Source of the DNA: an uncultured Acidobacteriota bacterium
Lineage (GTDB): Bacteria; Acidobacteriota; Thermoanaerobaculia; Multivoradales; JAGPDF01
Assembly (NCBI GenBank): GCA_963781755.1
Contig: CAWAGZ010000004.1
Span: forward strand, 143,614 to 207,613
Reading direction: 5' to 3'
Length of the DNA stretch: 64,000 bases
In this document: positions 36,676-47,820 of the stretch, piece after piece
Numbering within the stretch: position 1 is the stretch's first letter
Layout: each line of letters begins with the position of its first letter
The notes under the pieces: model-generated
Database searches by the model: none
The model's input: the letters and a program-made list of their open reading frames with translations, nothing else
Told to the model about the DNA's origin: nothing
Position numbers and translations under genes: made by a program

Positions 36676-37227
36676 TCAGAAGAACCCGAGCTGGAGGCGC
36701 GCGGCCTCGCTCATCATGCTCTGGTTCCACGGCGGGTCGAAGACGACCTCGACCCCGGCCGCGGAGACCTCGGGCAATTTCCGGACCTTGCTCTCGACGT
36801 CGGCGGCCAGTACGTCTCCCATGCCGCAGCCGGGCGCGGTGAGGGTCATCTTGACCCGGACCTCGTGCCGGCCGTCGGCGTCCGCGGGCAGGACCTGACA
36901 GTCGTAGACCAGCCCCAGCTCCACGATGTTGACCGGGATCTCGGGGTCGTAGCAGCTGCGCAGCGCATCCCAGACCCGGTCCTCGAGCGGCCGCGCGGCC
37001 TCGCTCGTCGCGTCCGGCCGCTCGGGCACCGTCAGGCCGATGGCCTCGAACTGCTCGGGATCGACCCGGAACAGGCCGCCGAAGTCCGCCGCGACCGTGG
37101 CCGAGTCGCCCAGGGTCTGGAGCACCCGCACCCGGGTCCCGCGCGGCAGCTGCGTGCGGTAGCCGTGCGGGATGACGATGGCTTCGACGTCCTGCTCGAG
37201 CTCGATCTCTGCGGCGGCTTCGCTCAA
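36676..37227 (-). CDS. sufT: Fe-S cluster assembly protein SufT (DUF59/MIP18 family)
   Basis: 183 aa. C-terminal DUF59 core VWDALRSCYDPEIPVNIVELGLVYD...VKMTLTAPGCGMGDVLAADVESKV...VEVVFDPPWNQSMMSEAARLQLGFF. Confidence 0.85.
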   Translation of the reverse strand: MSEAAAEIELEQDVEAIVIPHGYRTQLPRGTRVRVLQTLGDSATVAADFGGLFRVDPEQFEAIGLTVPERPDATSEAARPLEDRVWDALRSCYDPEIPVNIVELGLVYDCQVLPADADGRHEVRVKMTLTAPGCGMGDVLAADVESKVRKLPEVSAAGVEVVFDPPWNQSMMSEAARLQLGFF

Positions 37228-37322
37228 TGTGGTTCCCCCTGCTTTCGAACCGACCGCGCGATACCGTACCAGATCGGTACAGTTGAGTCCAGGTGGTAAT
37301 TTCCGCGCCGGAGGTTTCCACG

Positions 37323-39541
<2,219 letters not shown>

Positions 39542-39545
<4 letters not shown>

Positions 39546-41446
39546 AGGGAAAAAGGGGGACTCCGCCTCGCCGTGGCGCGATCCTCGCCGCGGCCGCCGG
39601 GGTCCTCCTGTTCCTCTCGGGCGCGCTCGGGATTCGGGCCACGTCGTCGGCTGAGCCCGCTGACGGAGCTCGGAAGCCGACGAACCACCTCGACACGATT
39701 CTCGCCGGAGCTTCCCCCGACTCCTCGCTGCCCTTCGCCGTCGAGCTCCGCTTCCTGGTGGACCGCTCGGAGACGGAGACGGGCGGCCGTCGCCGCGCCC
39801 GTCTCGCTTTCCGCGTCCGGGCCCGCGACGGCTCGATTCCCGGGGGCCGGGTGCGGCTCGAGTTCGCCGTCCGCACTTCGACGGGTCACGTCGAGCGCGG
39901 AGCCTCGGCGGTCGACCTGGGAGTTTCCTCTCAGAGGGCACTGGACATCGCAGTCCCCGCGCGAATCGAGCGCGTGGCTCTCCGCCTCGTCGATCCGGAC
40001 GGCGTGGCCGTGGGTGAGGCCGCCGCGGATCCGGTCTGGGCGGACCTGGATCCCCTTCCGGGATCGGAGCCGGCGCCGGCCGGGACCGGCGAATCTCCGC
40101 CCATCCGGATCTCGCTTCCGGCGGATCCGGTTCTCGCCGGGCCGCGCGAGGTCACCGCGATCGTCTCTTTGGCAGGCGTCGCGAAGGTCCGCTACCTGCT
40201 CGACGGCCGCCGGGTCGCTGAGGTCGCCGGCCCGGCGTGGAGGGTCTCCGTACCCTTCGCGGCGACGCCGCGACCCCAGACTCTCCGAGCGGTGGCGTTG
40301 GACTCGGAAGGGATCGAGCTCGGACGCGACGTCGTGCGCGTCGACCAGCCCGCGAGTGAGCCCTGGCTCAGCCTCCTGGCCCCCTACGGGCCGGAGGGGC
40401 GGCGCCAGACGGGCGCCGCGCTCCAGGTTCCCGCCGGCAGGACGTTGCGCGCCCTCGATCTGCTGGCGGGAGAGCGCCTCTTCGCACTGCTGAAGCGGCC
40501 GCCGTTCGAGGTCCCGCTCACCCCGGCCCAGGAGCGCTCGTCCTTCCTCCGCGCGGTCGCCGTCTTCGACGACGGCAGCGAGGTGGAGGACGTTCGCGCT
40601 CTGCTCGGCGGGGACGGGGACAGGTCTCCCGGATCGTCTCCGGTCGAGCTTCTGCCGCGCATCCGCGACGCGGAAGGCCACCCGGTCTCCTTGTCGCCCG
40701 ACGACCTCGAGGTCGACGTCGGCGACCGGACGCTGCCGGTGCGCGACGTGGTCCCGGCCGAGGAGCTGCCGCTCGTGATCGGACTAGCAGTCGATCAGTC
40801 GGGGAGCATGAGGCCGTACGCGAACCGGTTGCGGGCTGCGATCACCGACCTGATGAGCGGACTGCGTCCCTTTCGTGACTTGGTGTTCGTCGTGAAGTTC
40901 GCGGGCGAATCGAAGTTGGCGCAGGCTCCGACGAGCGACCCTCGGCGCCTGGAAGCGGCGCTTCGCGACAGCACCGCGAAAGGAGAGACCGCCCTCTACG
41001 ACGGTGTCGATCACGCCTTGGTCGAGCTCGGGCGGAGGCAGGCGCGGCGGGCGCTGGTCCTGCTCTCGGACGGCGTCGACAGCTCGAGCCACTCCCGCGA
41101 AGCGGAGACGATCGAGCTCGCGCGCAGGCTCGGGGTGCCGATCTTCGCGGTCGCCCCCTACGACAGTCCCGAATCGATGATCGGTTCCCGGGGGTTCGCC
41201 TCCGGGGCCCGGACGCTCGGGCGCTTGGCGCGGTCCACCGGCGGGGTCGTGATGGGTGCGACCGGCGCAACCGACCTGCCTCGCGCGCTCCGGCGTCTTC
41301 TCGAAGAGCTCCGGGCCGAGACCCTGGTGACGTTCGAGCCGGTCGAGGCGCCGGGCGCGAAGCCGGGTTGGCGGCCGGTGACCCTGCGGACGAAGCGTCC
41401 GGGCGTGCGGATCGAGGGAGCGCCCGGCTACTGGGCGGGCGACTGA
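39542..41446 (+). CDS. VWA domain-containing protein (acidobacterial VWFA-related type), N-terminal anchor
   Basis: In-frame C-terminal 634 aa of ORF 38150..41446. ATG 39542 overlaps the peptidase stop (ATGA). Anchor AILAAAAGVLLFLSGALGI. MIDAS-type VIGLAVDQSGSM...GETALYDGV...LVLLSDGVDSSS. Confidence 0.8.
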
Positions 41447-41459
41447 TCCGACAGGAGGC

Positions 41460-42212
41460 TCAGCCGCCGGCGCCGCAGGCGGCGTCGGCGAGGTGCTCGA
41501 GGCGGTCGGTGGCGTACCAGTCGTCGAGAGCGTAGTCGCCCAGTCGTTCCGCGACCGGGCCGAGCTTCGTCCGGGCGTCGGCGACGTCCTTCGCGTCGAG
41601 CACGGCGAGGGCGCGCGTGCCGTCCAGCCGCGCCAACAGCAGGACCGTGCCGTCGGCGACCTTCGGCGCCAGGACCTCGCGCGCGCGGGCGCCGTCCTCG
41701 ACGGTGAGCAGGACGTAGGGGCGCGCCCCCGCTCCCGGATCGGGCGGGCTGCCGGCGCGCTCCATCGCCTCGCGGCGGGCGAGGTCGGCGTCGCGGCAGG
41801 CGGCGAGCGGCGCGGCGGTGGCCAGGTCGTGGTACTCGAGGACGAAGACGCCCGCGCGGGTCGGCGGGTCGGTCGCCGCCCACGCCTCGGCCCGGGCACG
41901 GTCGCCGGTGTCGAGGACGAAGACTCCGCGCAGCCCGGAATCGTGCCGGGTGTCCCCGTACGGGCCGGCGAGCAGGAGCTGGTGCTCGCGGGCCATGCGC
42001 GCCATGTTCTCGAAATGACCCTGGAAGACGCGCCGGTTCTCCTCGGCGGGCAACCTCCCGCTCTGCGGACCGGTCTTGAGGAAGACCAGCGTCAGGGCGT
42101 TCTCGGCGGCGGGCGTCGCCGGCGCGGACGGCTCGGCCGCGGCGACGGGGAAAGCGCTCAGGGATCCGAGCAGCAGCATCGTCGTCGAGATCCCGGGTGG
42201 CAGTCGTCGCAT
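41460..42212 (-). CDS. secreted YciI-like domain protein
   Basis: ORF trimmed to ATG 42212 (MRRLPPGISTTMLLLGSLSAFPVAAA). YciI-like LVFLKTGP...GHFENMARMAREHQLLLAGPY...GVFVLD...AEAWAATDPPTRAGVFVLEYH, plus an extra C-terminal ~110 aa. Confidence 0.65.
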   Translation of the reverse strand: MRRLPPGISTTMLLLGSLSAFPVAAAEPSAPATPAAENALTLVFLKTGPQSGRLPAEENRRVFQGHFENMARMAREHQLLLAGPYGDTRHDSGLRGVFVLDTGDRARAEAWAATDPPTRAGVFVLEYHDLATAAPLAACRDADLARREAMERAGSPPDPGAGARPYVLLTVEDGARAREVLAPKVADGTVLLLARLDGTRALAVLDAKDVADARTKLGPVAERLGDYALDDWYATDRLEHLADAACGAGG

Positions 42213-42336
42213 GGCGTGTCCTCCGGCTTGGGTGGGCGCGCATCCTAGCAATTGCAGTGCGCCGGTCGCGGACCCCGTCGGGCGCGGTAGAATTCCCGTC
42301 TCCGGCGGTCGGACCGCCCCGAAAGGACCCCACTCC

Positions 42337-43392
42337 ATGCGCGTTCTCGTCACCGGCCACCACGGCTACCTCGGCTCCGTCCTGATGCCGCGTCTCGTCG
42401 CGCGCGGCCACGACGCGGTGGGCCTCGACAGCGACCTGTTCGCCACCTGTACCCTCGGCGGGGATCCGCCGGAGGGCTCCTGGCGCTCCGTGCGCAAGGA
42501 CCTGCGCGAGGTCGGACGCGGCGACCTCGAGGGGTTCGACGCCGTGCTCCACCTGGCGGCGCTGTCCAACGACCCCCTGGGCGACCTCGACCCCGACCTG
42601 ACCTACGAGATCAACCTCCAGGCCTCGCTCGAGCTCGCCCGCCGGGCGCGCGAGGCCGGCGTCGCGCGCTTCCTGTTCTCCTCCTCGTGCAGCAACTACG
42701 GCGCCTCGGGCACCGCGTTGCTCGACGAGGACGCGGAGCTGCAGCCGCTGACCCCGTACGCGATCTCCAAGGTGCGGCTCGAAGAGGAGCTCAACCGGCT
42801 GGCCGGCGAGAGCTTCTCGCCGGTCCACCTGCGCAACGCCACGGCCTACGGCGCCTCGCCGCGGCTGCGCGTCGACATCGTCCTGAACAACCTCGTCGCC
42901 TGGGCGGTGACCACCGGCCAGATCGTGCTGCAGAGCGACGGCACGCCCTGGCGTCCGATCGTCCACGCCCAGGACATCGCCGACGCCTTCCTGCTCCTGC
43001 TCGAGGCGCCGCGCGAGAAGATCCACGCCGAGGCCTTCAACATCGTCCCGCCCGGGGAGAACTACCGGATCCGCGAGCTCGCCGAGATCGTCGGCGAGAC
43101 CGTCCCGGGGTGCGAGGTCACGTTCGCCGAGGGCGCCGGGCCCGACCCGCGCAACTACCGGGTCTCGGGCGAGAAGCTGACCGCCCGCTTCCCGGAGTTC
43201 CGCTACGGCTGGGACGCCCGCCGGGGCGCGCGCGAGCTGTTCGACGCCTACCGCGCCGCGGGGCTGGACCGCGCGACGTTCGAGGGTCCGCGCTTCAAGC
43301 GCCTGGGGTGGATCCGCAAGCTGCTCGCCGAGGGGCGCCTCGCTCCCGACCTGCGCTGGGCCGAGGAACCGACCGGGGTGGCGCGGGCTTGA
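42337..43392 (+). CDS. NAD-dependent epimerase/dehydratase (extended SDR)
   Basis: ORF 42076..43392 trimmed to ATG 42337. MRVLVTGHHGYLGSVLMPRLVARGHD. Catalytic YAISKVRLE. Confidence 0.88.
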   Translation: MRVLVTGHHGYLGSVLMPRLVARGHDAVGLDSDLFATCTLGGDPPEGSWRSVRKDLREVGRGDLEGFDAVLHLAALSNDPLGDLDPDLTYEINLQASLELARRAREAGVARFLFSSSCSNYGASGTALLDEDAELQPLTPYAISKVRLEEELNRLAGESFSPVHLRNATAYGASPRLRVDIVLNNLVAWAVTTGQIVLQSDGTPWRPIVHAQDIADAFLLLLEAPREKIHAEAFNIVPPGENYRIRELAEIVGETVPGCEVTFAEGAGPDPRNYRVSGEKLTARFPEFRYGWDARRGARELFDAYRAAGLDRATFEGPRFKRLGWIRKLLAEGRLAPDLRWAEEPTGVARA

Positions 43393-44192
43393 CCGGCCGC
43401 GGAGGATCGCTGCGCCTCCTGCCGCTCGGCACCAACGGCTTCATCCCGGCGGCCGGGCGCCAGACGATGAGCTTCCTCGTCGAGCGCGACGGAGAGGCGC
43501 TGGTGCTCGACGCCGGGTCCGGCCTGGCGCGCCTGCTCGAGCCGGCCGCGGCCGAGACGCTGGCCCGGCTCGAACGGCTCGACATCGTCCTGACCCACTA
43601 TCACCTGGACCACGTCGTCGGCCTCTCCTACCTGCCGGGCCTGGTGCCGGAGCGCGCGGTGCGCATCTTCGCGCCCGCCCCGCCGCTGACGGCGAGCGGT
43701 CCCGAGGCGCTCGCCACCCTGATCTCGCCGCCCCTGTTCCCGGTCACCTTCGACCGTTGGCCGATGCCGGTCGAGATCGTGCCCTACTCGGGACCGGAGC
43801 TCGAGATCGGCAGCTTCCGGATCGCCGTGCGGGGACAACGGCACCCGGGCGGTTCGGCGGGCCTGCGGATCGGCGACGAGCTGGCCTACGTCACCGACAC
43901 CGTGCTCGACCCGGCGACCGCGGAGTTCGTCCGCGGGGTCGGGTTGCTGCTGCACGAGGTCTGGCTGACCGACGACGAGGCGGCGGTCGAAGACGCCGCG
44001 CGCAAGGGCCACTCGTCGGCCGGTCCGGTGGCCGAGCTGGCGCGGCGGGCGGGCGTCGGCGCGTTGGTTCCCGTCCACCATCATCCGCGGCGCACGCCGG
44101 CCGACCTCGAGGCGCTCTCGGCGCGCCTCCGCCGCGGCTCGGACCTCGTCGTCCTGAACGCGACCGAGGGGCGTTGGATCCCCGGACGATGA
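43389..44192 (+). CDS. MBL-fold metallo-hydrolase
   Basis: In-frame C-terminal part of ORF 42687..44192. TTG 43389 overlaps the upstream stop (TTGA). LTHYHLDHVVGL (HxHxDH). Confidence 0.8.
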   Translation: MTGRGGSLRLLPLGTNGFIPAAGRQTMSFLVERDGEALVLDAGSGLARLLEPAAAETLARLERLDIVLTHYHLDHVVGLSYLPGLVPERAVRIFAPAPPLTASGPEALATLISPPLFPVTFDRWPMPVEIVPYSGPELEIGSFRIAVRGQRHPGGSAGLRIGDELAYVTDTVLDPATAEFVRGVGLLLHEVWLTDDEAAVEDAARKGHSSAGPVAELARRAGVGALVPVHHHPRRTPADLEALSARLRRGSDLVVLNATEGRWIPGR

Positions 44193-46459
44193 CCGGGTCG
44201 CGGCGGCGCTCCGTCGTGGCCGCCGCCGCGCTCGGCGCGGCGGCTCTCGGCCTGCTCGCCGGGTGCGGCCGGGAGGAACCGTTGCCGGCGGAGTCCAAGC
44301 CGCTGGTCGACGTGCTCGACTCCGCGCGCCGCGTGATCGGCACGCGGACGCTCGACTTCGGCGCCGCCCCGACGCGGCAGAATTTCTGGTCGGGGTGGGG
44401 ACCCGACGAGAAGGGGGGCGGGGCAACCTTCGTCTGGGGCATCGGCGACAGCTCGAGCCTCCGCTTCGACGTCGTCGATCGGCGCGCGCGGAGGCTGGTG
44501 CTGCGCGGCTGGTCCTTCCCGTTCCGCGACGACCCGCCGCAGGAGGTCACCGTATTGCTCAACGGACGGGAGCTCGGCCGGCGGCTGATGCCGTTGCGGC
44601 GCACCGAGCTCGAGTTCGAGGTGCGCGGCGACGACCTGCGGGGCGGCGAGAACCTGCTCGAGATCCGCTACGCGCGGCACGAGGAAGCGAACGCGGACCT
44701 GCAGCGCGCAGTGGCCTGGGACGCGCTCAGCCTGAGCGGCGGCAAGCCGCCGGAGGAGCCGCCCGGCCGGACCCCCGCGGGGGACCTCGAGCTGCCCGCG
44801 GGCAGCGCCCTCGAGTGGACGCTGGAGCTGCCCGGGGACAGCTGGCTCGCCTGGTCGCGCGTCACCGGGCGGGGCAGCGCCCGTCTCGAAGTGGCGGCGA
44901 GATCGGACGGCGACGCCGGGGAGCGCCACGAGGAAGTTGGGGCGGGCCCGGGACGTTTCCGGCTCGCGGAGCCGGGCGAACCGCACCGGCTGCGCCGCTT
45001 CTCGCTGCGAGCGGTCTCCGCCCACGGCCTCGGCTCGGTGCGGATCGAGGGGGCGCGCCTCTACTCGCCCGGGATCACCGGGAAGCGGGCGCGGAAGCGC
45101 TCCGCGTCCGCGGTCCCGGCGAAGTCCGCCGCCCCGGCGCGCACCGTGGCGCAGGAGCTGCGCGGCTCGCGGCCCAACGTGGTCATCTACATCATCGACA
45201 CGCTGCGCGCGGACCACCTCGGCTGCTACGGCTACTCGCGGCCGACGTCGCCGCACATCGACGGCTTCGCGCGTCACGCGACGCGGTTCGAGGAAGGGCG
45301 GGCACAGGCCTCGTGGACGCGGCCGGCCGTGGCGACCATCCTGACCGGCCTCTACCCGATCACCCACCAGGCCGAGCGCACGATCGACCGGCTCCCGGAG
45401 CGGATCGAGACGCTGGCGGAACGCCTCTCGGCGGCGGGCTACGAGACGGCCATGCTCACCGCCAACGGCAACGTCGCGGGGCGCTTCGGCTTCCGCCAGG
45501 GCTTCGACCAGTTCGTCTACCTTCCCGAGCGCCGGAGCGCCCGCTACACCCACGTCCGATCCTGGGAGATGAACCGACGGGTGTTCGATTGGCTCGACCA
45601 CCGGCGCCGCGGCCGCCCCTTCTTCCTGGTCGTCCACACCGTGGATCCCCACGAGCCCTACACGCCGCGCGAGAAGTACCGCAAGGTCCTGGCCGCGGAC
45701 GTCAAGGACCTCTCGATCGGCGTTCACGCCCAGGTGCGCAGGCTCCCGCTCCTGTCCCCCGACGAGGCGCGGGCGCGCGCGCCGCTGCTCGAGGAGCTCT
45801 ACGACGCCGAGATCGCGGACAACGACGCCTCGTTCGGCGAGCTCGTCGCCCGCTTCGAGCGCATGGGACTGGGAAAGGACACGGCGATCTTCCTGCTCGC
45901 CGACCACGGCGAGGAGTTCTACGACCACGGCGGCTGGACCCACGGCTCGACGCTCTACGAGGAGCAGCTGCGGATCCCGTACGTGGTCCGGCTGCCCGAG
46001 GGCGTCGGCGCGGGCCTGGTGGTCCACACTCCGGCCGAGCAGGTCGACGTCGCGCCGACGGTGCTGGAGCTGGCCGGCGTCGCGCTGCCCCCGGGGCTGC
46101 CCGGCCGCAGCCTGATCGGCGAGATCGCCCGCCGCGAGGGAACGGAGGGCGAGCCCTCCTTCGCCTTTCTCGACCACGACGAGCACCGGATGGAGTCGGT
46201 GGCGGACGCGCAGTGGAAGCTGCTGCGCATCGACCGCTCCAATTTCGTCCCCACGCGCCCGCCGCTCGAGCTGTTCGCCCTGGGCAGCGATCCCGACGAG
46301 CTCGACGACCTCGCGCTGCTGCGCCCGTTGCGGCGGCTCTGGCTGCGCGGCGAGCTGGCCGCGGCCGAGACCCGCTACCGGGCCACCCTGCCGGCGGTCC
46401 GGGCCCGGGTCGATCGTGCGCTGGCGGCGCGGTTGCGCGCCCTCGGCTACCTGCGCTGA
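44189..46459 (+). CDS. sulfatase-fold (alkaline-phosphatase superfamily) lipoprotein with ~330-aa N-terminal non-catalytic domain, paralogue A
   Basis: In-frame part of ORF 43757..46459. ATG 44189 overlaps the upstream stop (ATGA). Lipobox LLAGC. Core RPNVVIYIIDTLRADHLGCYGY...RAQASWTRPAVATILTG...LLADHGEEFYDHGGWTHGSTLYEEQLRIP. Confidence 0.85.
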   Translation: MTGSRRRSVVAAAALGAAALGLLAGCGREEPLPAESKPLVDVLDSARRVIGTRTLDFGAAPTRQNFWSGWGPDEKGGGATFVWGIGDSSSLRFDVVDRRARRLVLRGWSFPFRDDPPQEVTVLLNGRELGRRLMPLRRTELEFEVRGDDLRGGENLLEIRYARHEEANADLQRAVAWDALSLSGGKPPEEPPGRTPAGDLELPAGSALEWTLELPGDSWLAWSRVTGRGSARLEVAARSDGDAGERHEEVGAGPGRFRLAEPGEPHRLRRFSLRAVSAHGLGSVRIEGARLYSPGITGKRARKRSASAVPAKSAAPARTVAQELRGSRPNVVIYIIDTLRADHLGCYGYSRPTSPHIDGFARHATRFEEGRAQASWTRPAVATILTGLYPITHQAERTIDRLPERIETLAERLSAAGYETAMLTANGNVAGRFGFRQGFDQFVYLPERRSARYTHVRSWEMNRRVFDWLDHRRRGRPFFLVVHTVDPHEPYTPREKYRKVLAADVKDLSIGVHAQVRRLPLLSPDEARARAPLLEELYDAEIADNDASFGELVARFERMGLGKDTAIFLLADHGEEFYDHGGWTHGSTLYEEQLRIPYVVRLPEGVGAGLVVHTPAEQVDVAPTVLELAGVALPPGLPGRSLIGEIARREGTEGEPSFAFLDHDEHRMESVADAQWKLLRIDRSNFVPTRPPLELFALGSDPDELDDLALLRPLRRLWLRGELAAAETRYRATLPAVRARVDRALAARLRALGYLR

Positions 46460-46489
46460 GCGGAGGGCGGGGGAGGGGGGCGGCGCGAA

Positions 46490-47245
46490 TCAGCGCGCCG
46501 CGCCACGGGCGCGGGCGAGCGTCTCCGGAGTGCCGATGTCCAGCAGGCGGGCTTCCGGAAGCGTCAACGCGGCGACCTCCACCCGGTCGGCAATGGCGGC
46601 GGTCAGCACGTCGGCGACCTGCGGTTCGCGGCCGAGGCGGGCCGATCTCGCGTTGAAGGTCTCGCACCAGCGGGTCAGGTACTTGGTGAAGCGCGGCGTC
46701 CAGATCGCGAACGCCCAGGTCCAGCGCAGCGGCGTTGCCGACTCCGGCTTGATCTCGAACCCCCGCACCCGGCCGCGCGCGTCGACCTCGACCAGGTCGG
46801 AGTGCTCGGGCCGCTCGCACGGCGCCAGGGCCACCGCGACCTCGGCCTGGGTCGTCTCGCGGTGGCGGACGAGCCGGGCCAGCAGGTCGCGCGGGTGGAC
46901 CAGGATGTCGGGGAATCCGAGCGCCGCCTGGCGGTCGCCGAGGAACGGCGCTGCGGCGGCCAGGGTGAACGGAACGCCGCGCGTCGGCGGCAACACCCGG
47001 TAGGCGATCTCGACGCCGAACTCGGAGCCGTCGCGCAGCCGGCGCGCGACGTCCCACTTGCTCGCGCGCAGCAGAACGAGGACGCGCCCCACGCCCGCCA
47101 GCCGGAAGTTGTCGAGCAGGTCCTGGCAGGCCAGCCTCTCGCCGCCGTCGCCGGTGACCGGGAGGATCTCCTTGCTCGGCCCGCGGCGCCGGCCGAGACG
47201 GCTGGCGCGGCCGGCCGCCGGGAAGAGTCCCCAGGTTTCGCGCAT
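46490..47245 (-). CDS. sugar-phosphate nucleotidyltransferase-like protein
   Basis: 251 aa, GGAGG RBS. N-terminal GLFPAAGRASRLG (GxxPAxGxGxRL-type NTP-transferase loop). Confidence 0.7.
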   Translation of the reverse strand: MRETWGLFPAAGRASRLGRRRGPSKEILPVTGDGGERLACQDLLDNFRLAGVGRVLVLLRASKWDVARRLRDGSEFGVEIAYRVLPPTRGVPFTLAAAAPFLGDRQAALGFPDILVHPRDLLARLVRHRETTQAEVAVALAPCERPEHSDLVEVDARGRVRGFEIKPESATPLRWTWAFAIWTPRFTKYLTRWCETFNARSARLGREPQVADVLTAAIADRVEVAALTLPEARLLDIGTPETLARARGAAR

Positions 47246-47289
47246 CGATTCGCCTCCTGCTACCCTACCGCAACCTGCGGAACCCAGAC

Positions 47290-47820
47290 ATGTTCGACAA
47301 CCTGCGCCGGGACACGCGACGCCTCCGGGAGATCAAGACCAAACCGTTCCCGTGGTACGTGCTCGAGTCCCTGCTGTTCGAAGCCGGGTACCAGGCCGTG
47401 GTCCTGCACCGGATCGCCCACTGGTTCAAGCGCCACCGCGTCCCGGCGCTGGGCCCCGCCGTCGCGCGCTGGAACCAGTTCGTGACCGGCGTCGACATCT
47501 CGCCGGCCGCGCGGATCGGTCCCGGGCTGCGGATCGCCCACGGCACCGGCATCGTCGTCGGCAACGGCGTCGTCATCGGCAGCGACTGCCTCCTGATGCA
47601 GAACGTCACGCTGGGCGCGCCGACGACGGCGCGGATCGCCGACATGCCCGTGCTCGGCGACCGGGTCACCCTCGGCGCCGGGGCGGCGGTCATCGGCAGG
47701 ATCCGGATCGGCGACGACGCTTTCGTGGGCGCGCACGCGCTGGTCGTCGAAGACGTCGCGGCGGGGGCGAAGGTGCTCGCGCCCACCGCCCCGAGCGCGG
47801 CCGCGAGCCCGGAGCGATGA
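47290..47820 (+). CDS. serine O-acetyltransferase-like hexapeptide acyltransferase
   Basis: 176 aa. CysE-like IAHWFKRHRVPALGPAVARWNQFVTGVDISPAARIGPGLRIAHGTGIVVG...IGSDCLLMQNVTLG...LGDRVTLGAGAAVIG. Confidence 0.8.
   Translation: MFDNLRRDTRRLREIKTKPFPWYVLESLLFEAGYQAVVLHRIAHWFKRHRVPALGPAVARWNQFVTGVDISPAARIGPGLRIAHGTGIVVGNGVVIGSDCLLMQNVTLGAPTTARIADMPVLGDRVTLGAGAAVIGRIRIGDDAFVGAHALVVEDVAAGAKVLAPTAPSAAASPER

Noticed and set aside
37266-37280. Short inverted repeat gtacc-agatc-ggtac in the sufT/prolyl-oligopeptidase divergent promoter region
   Set aside because: The arms are only 5 bp, so it is too weak to call an operator without comparative support.
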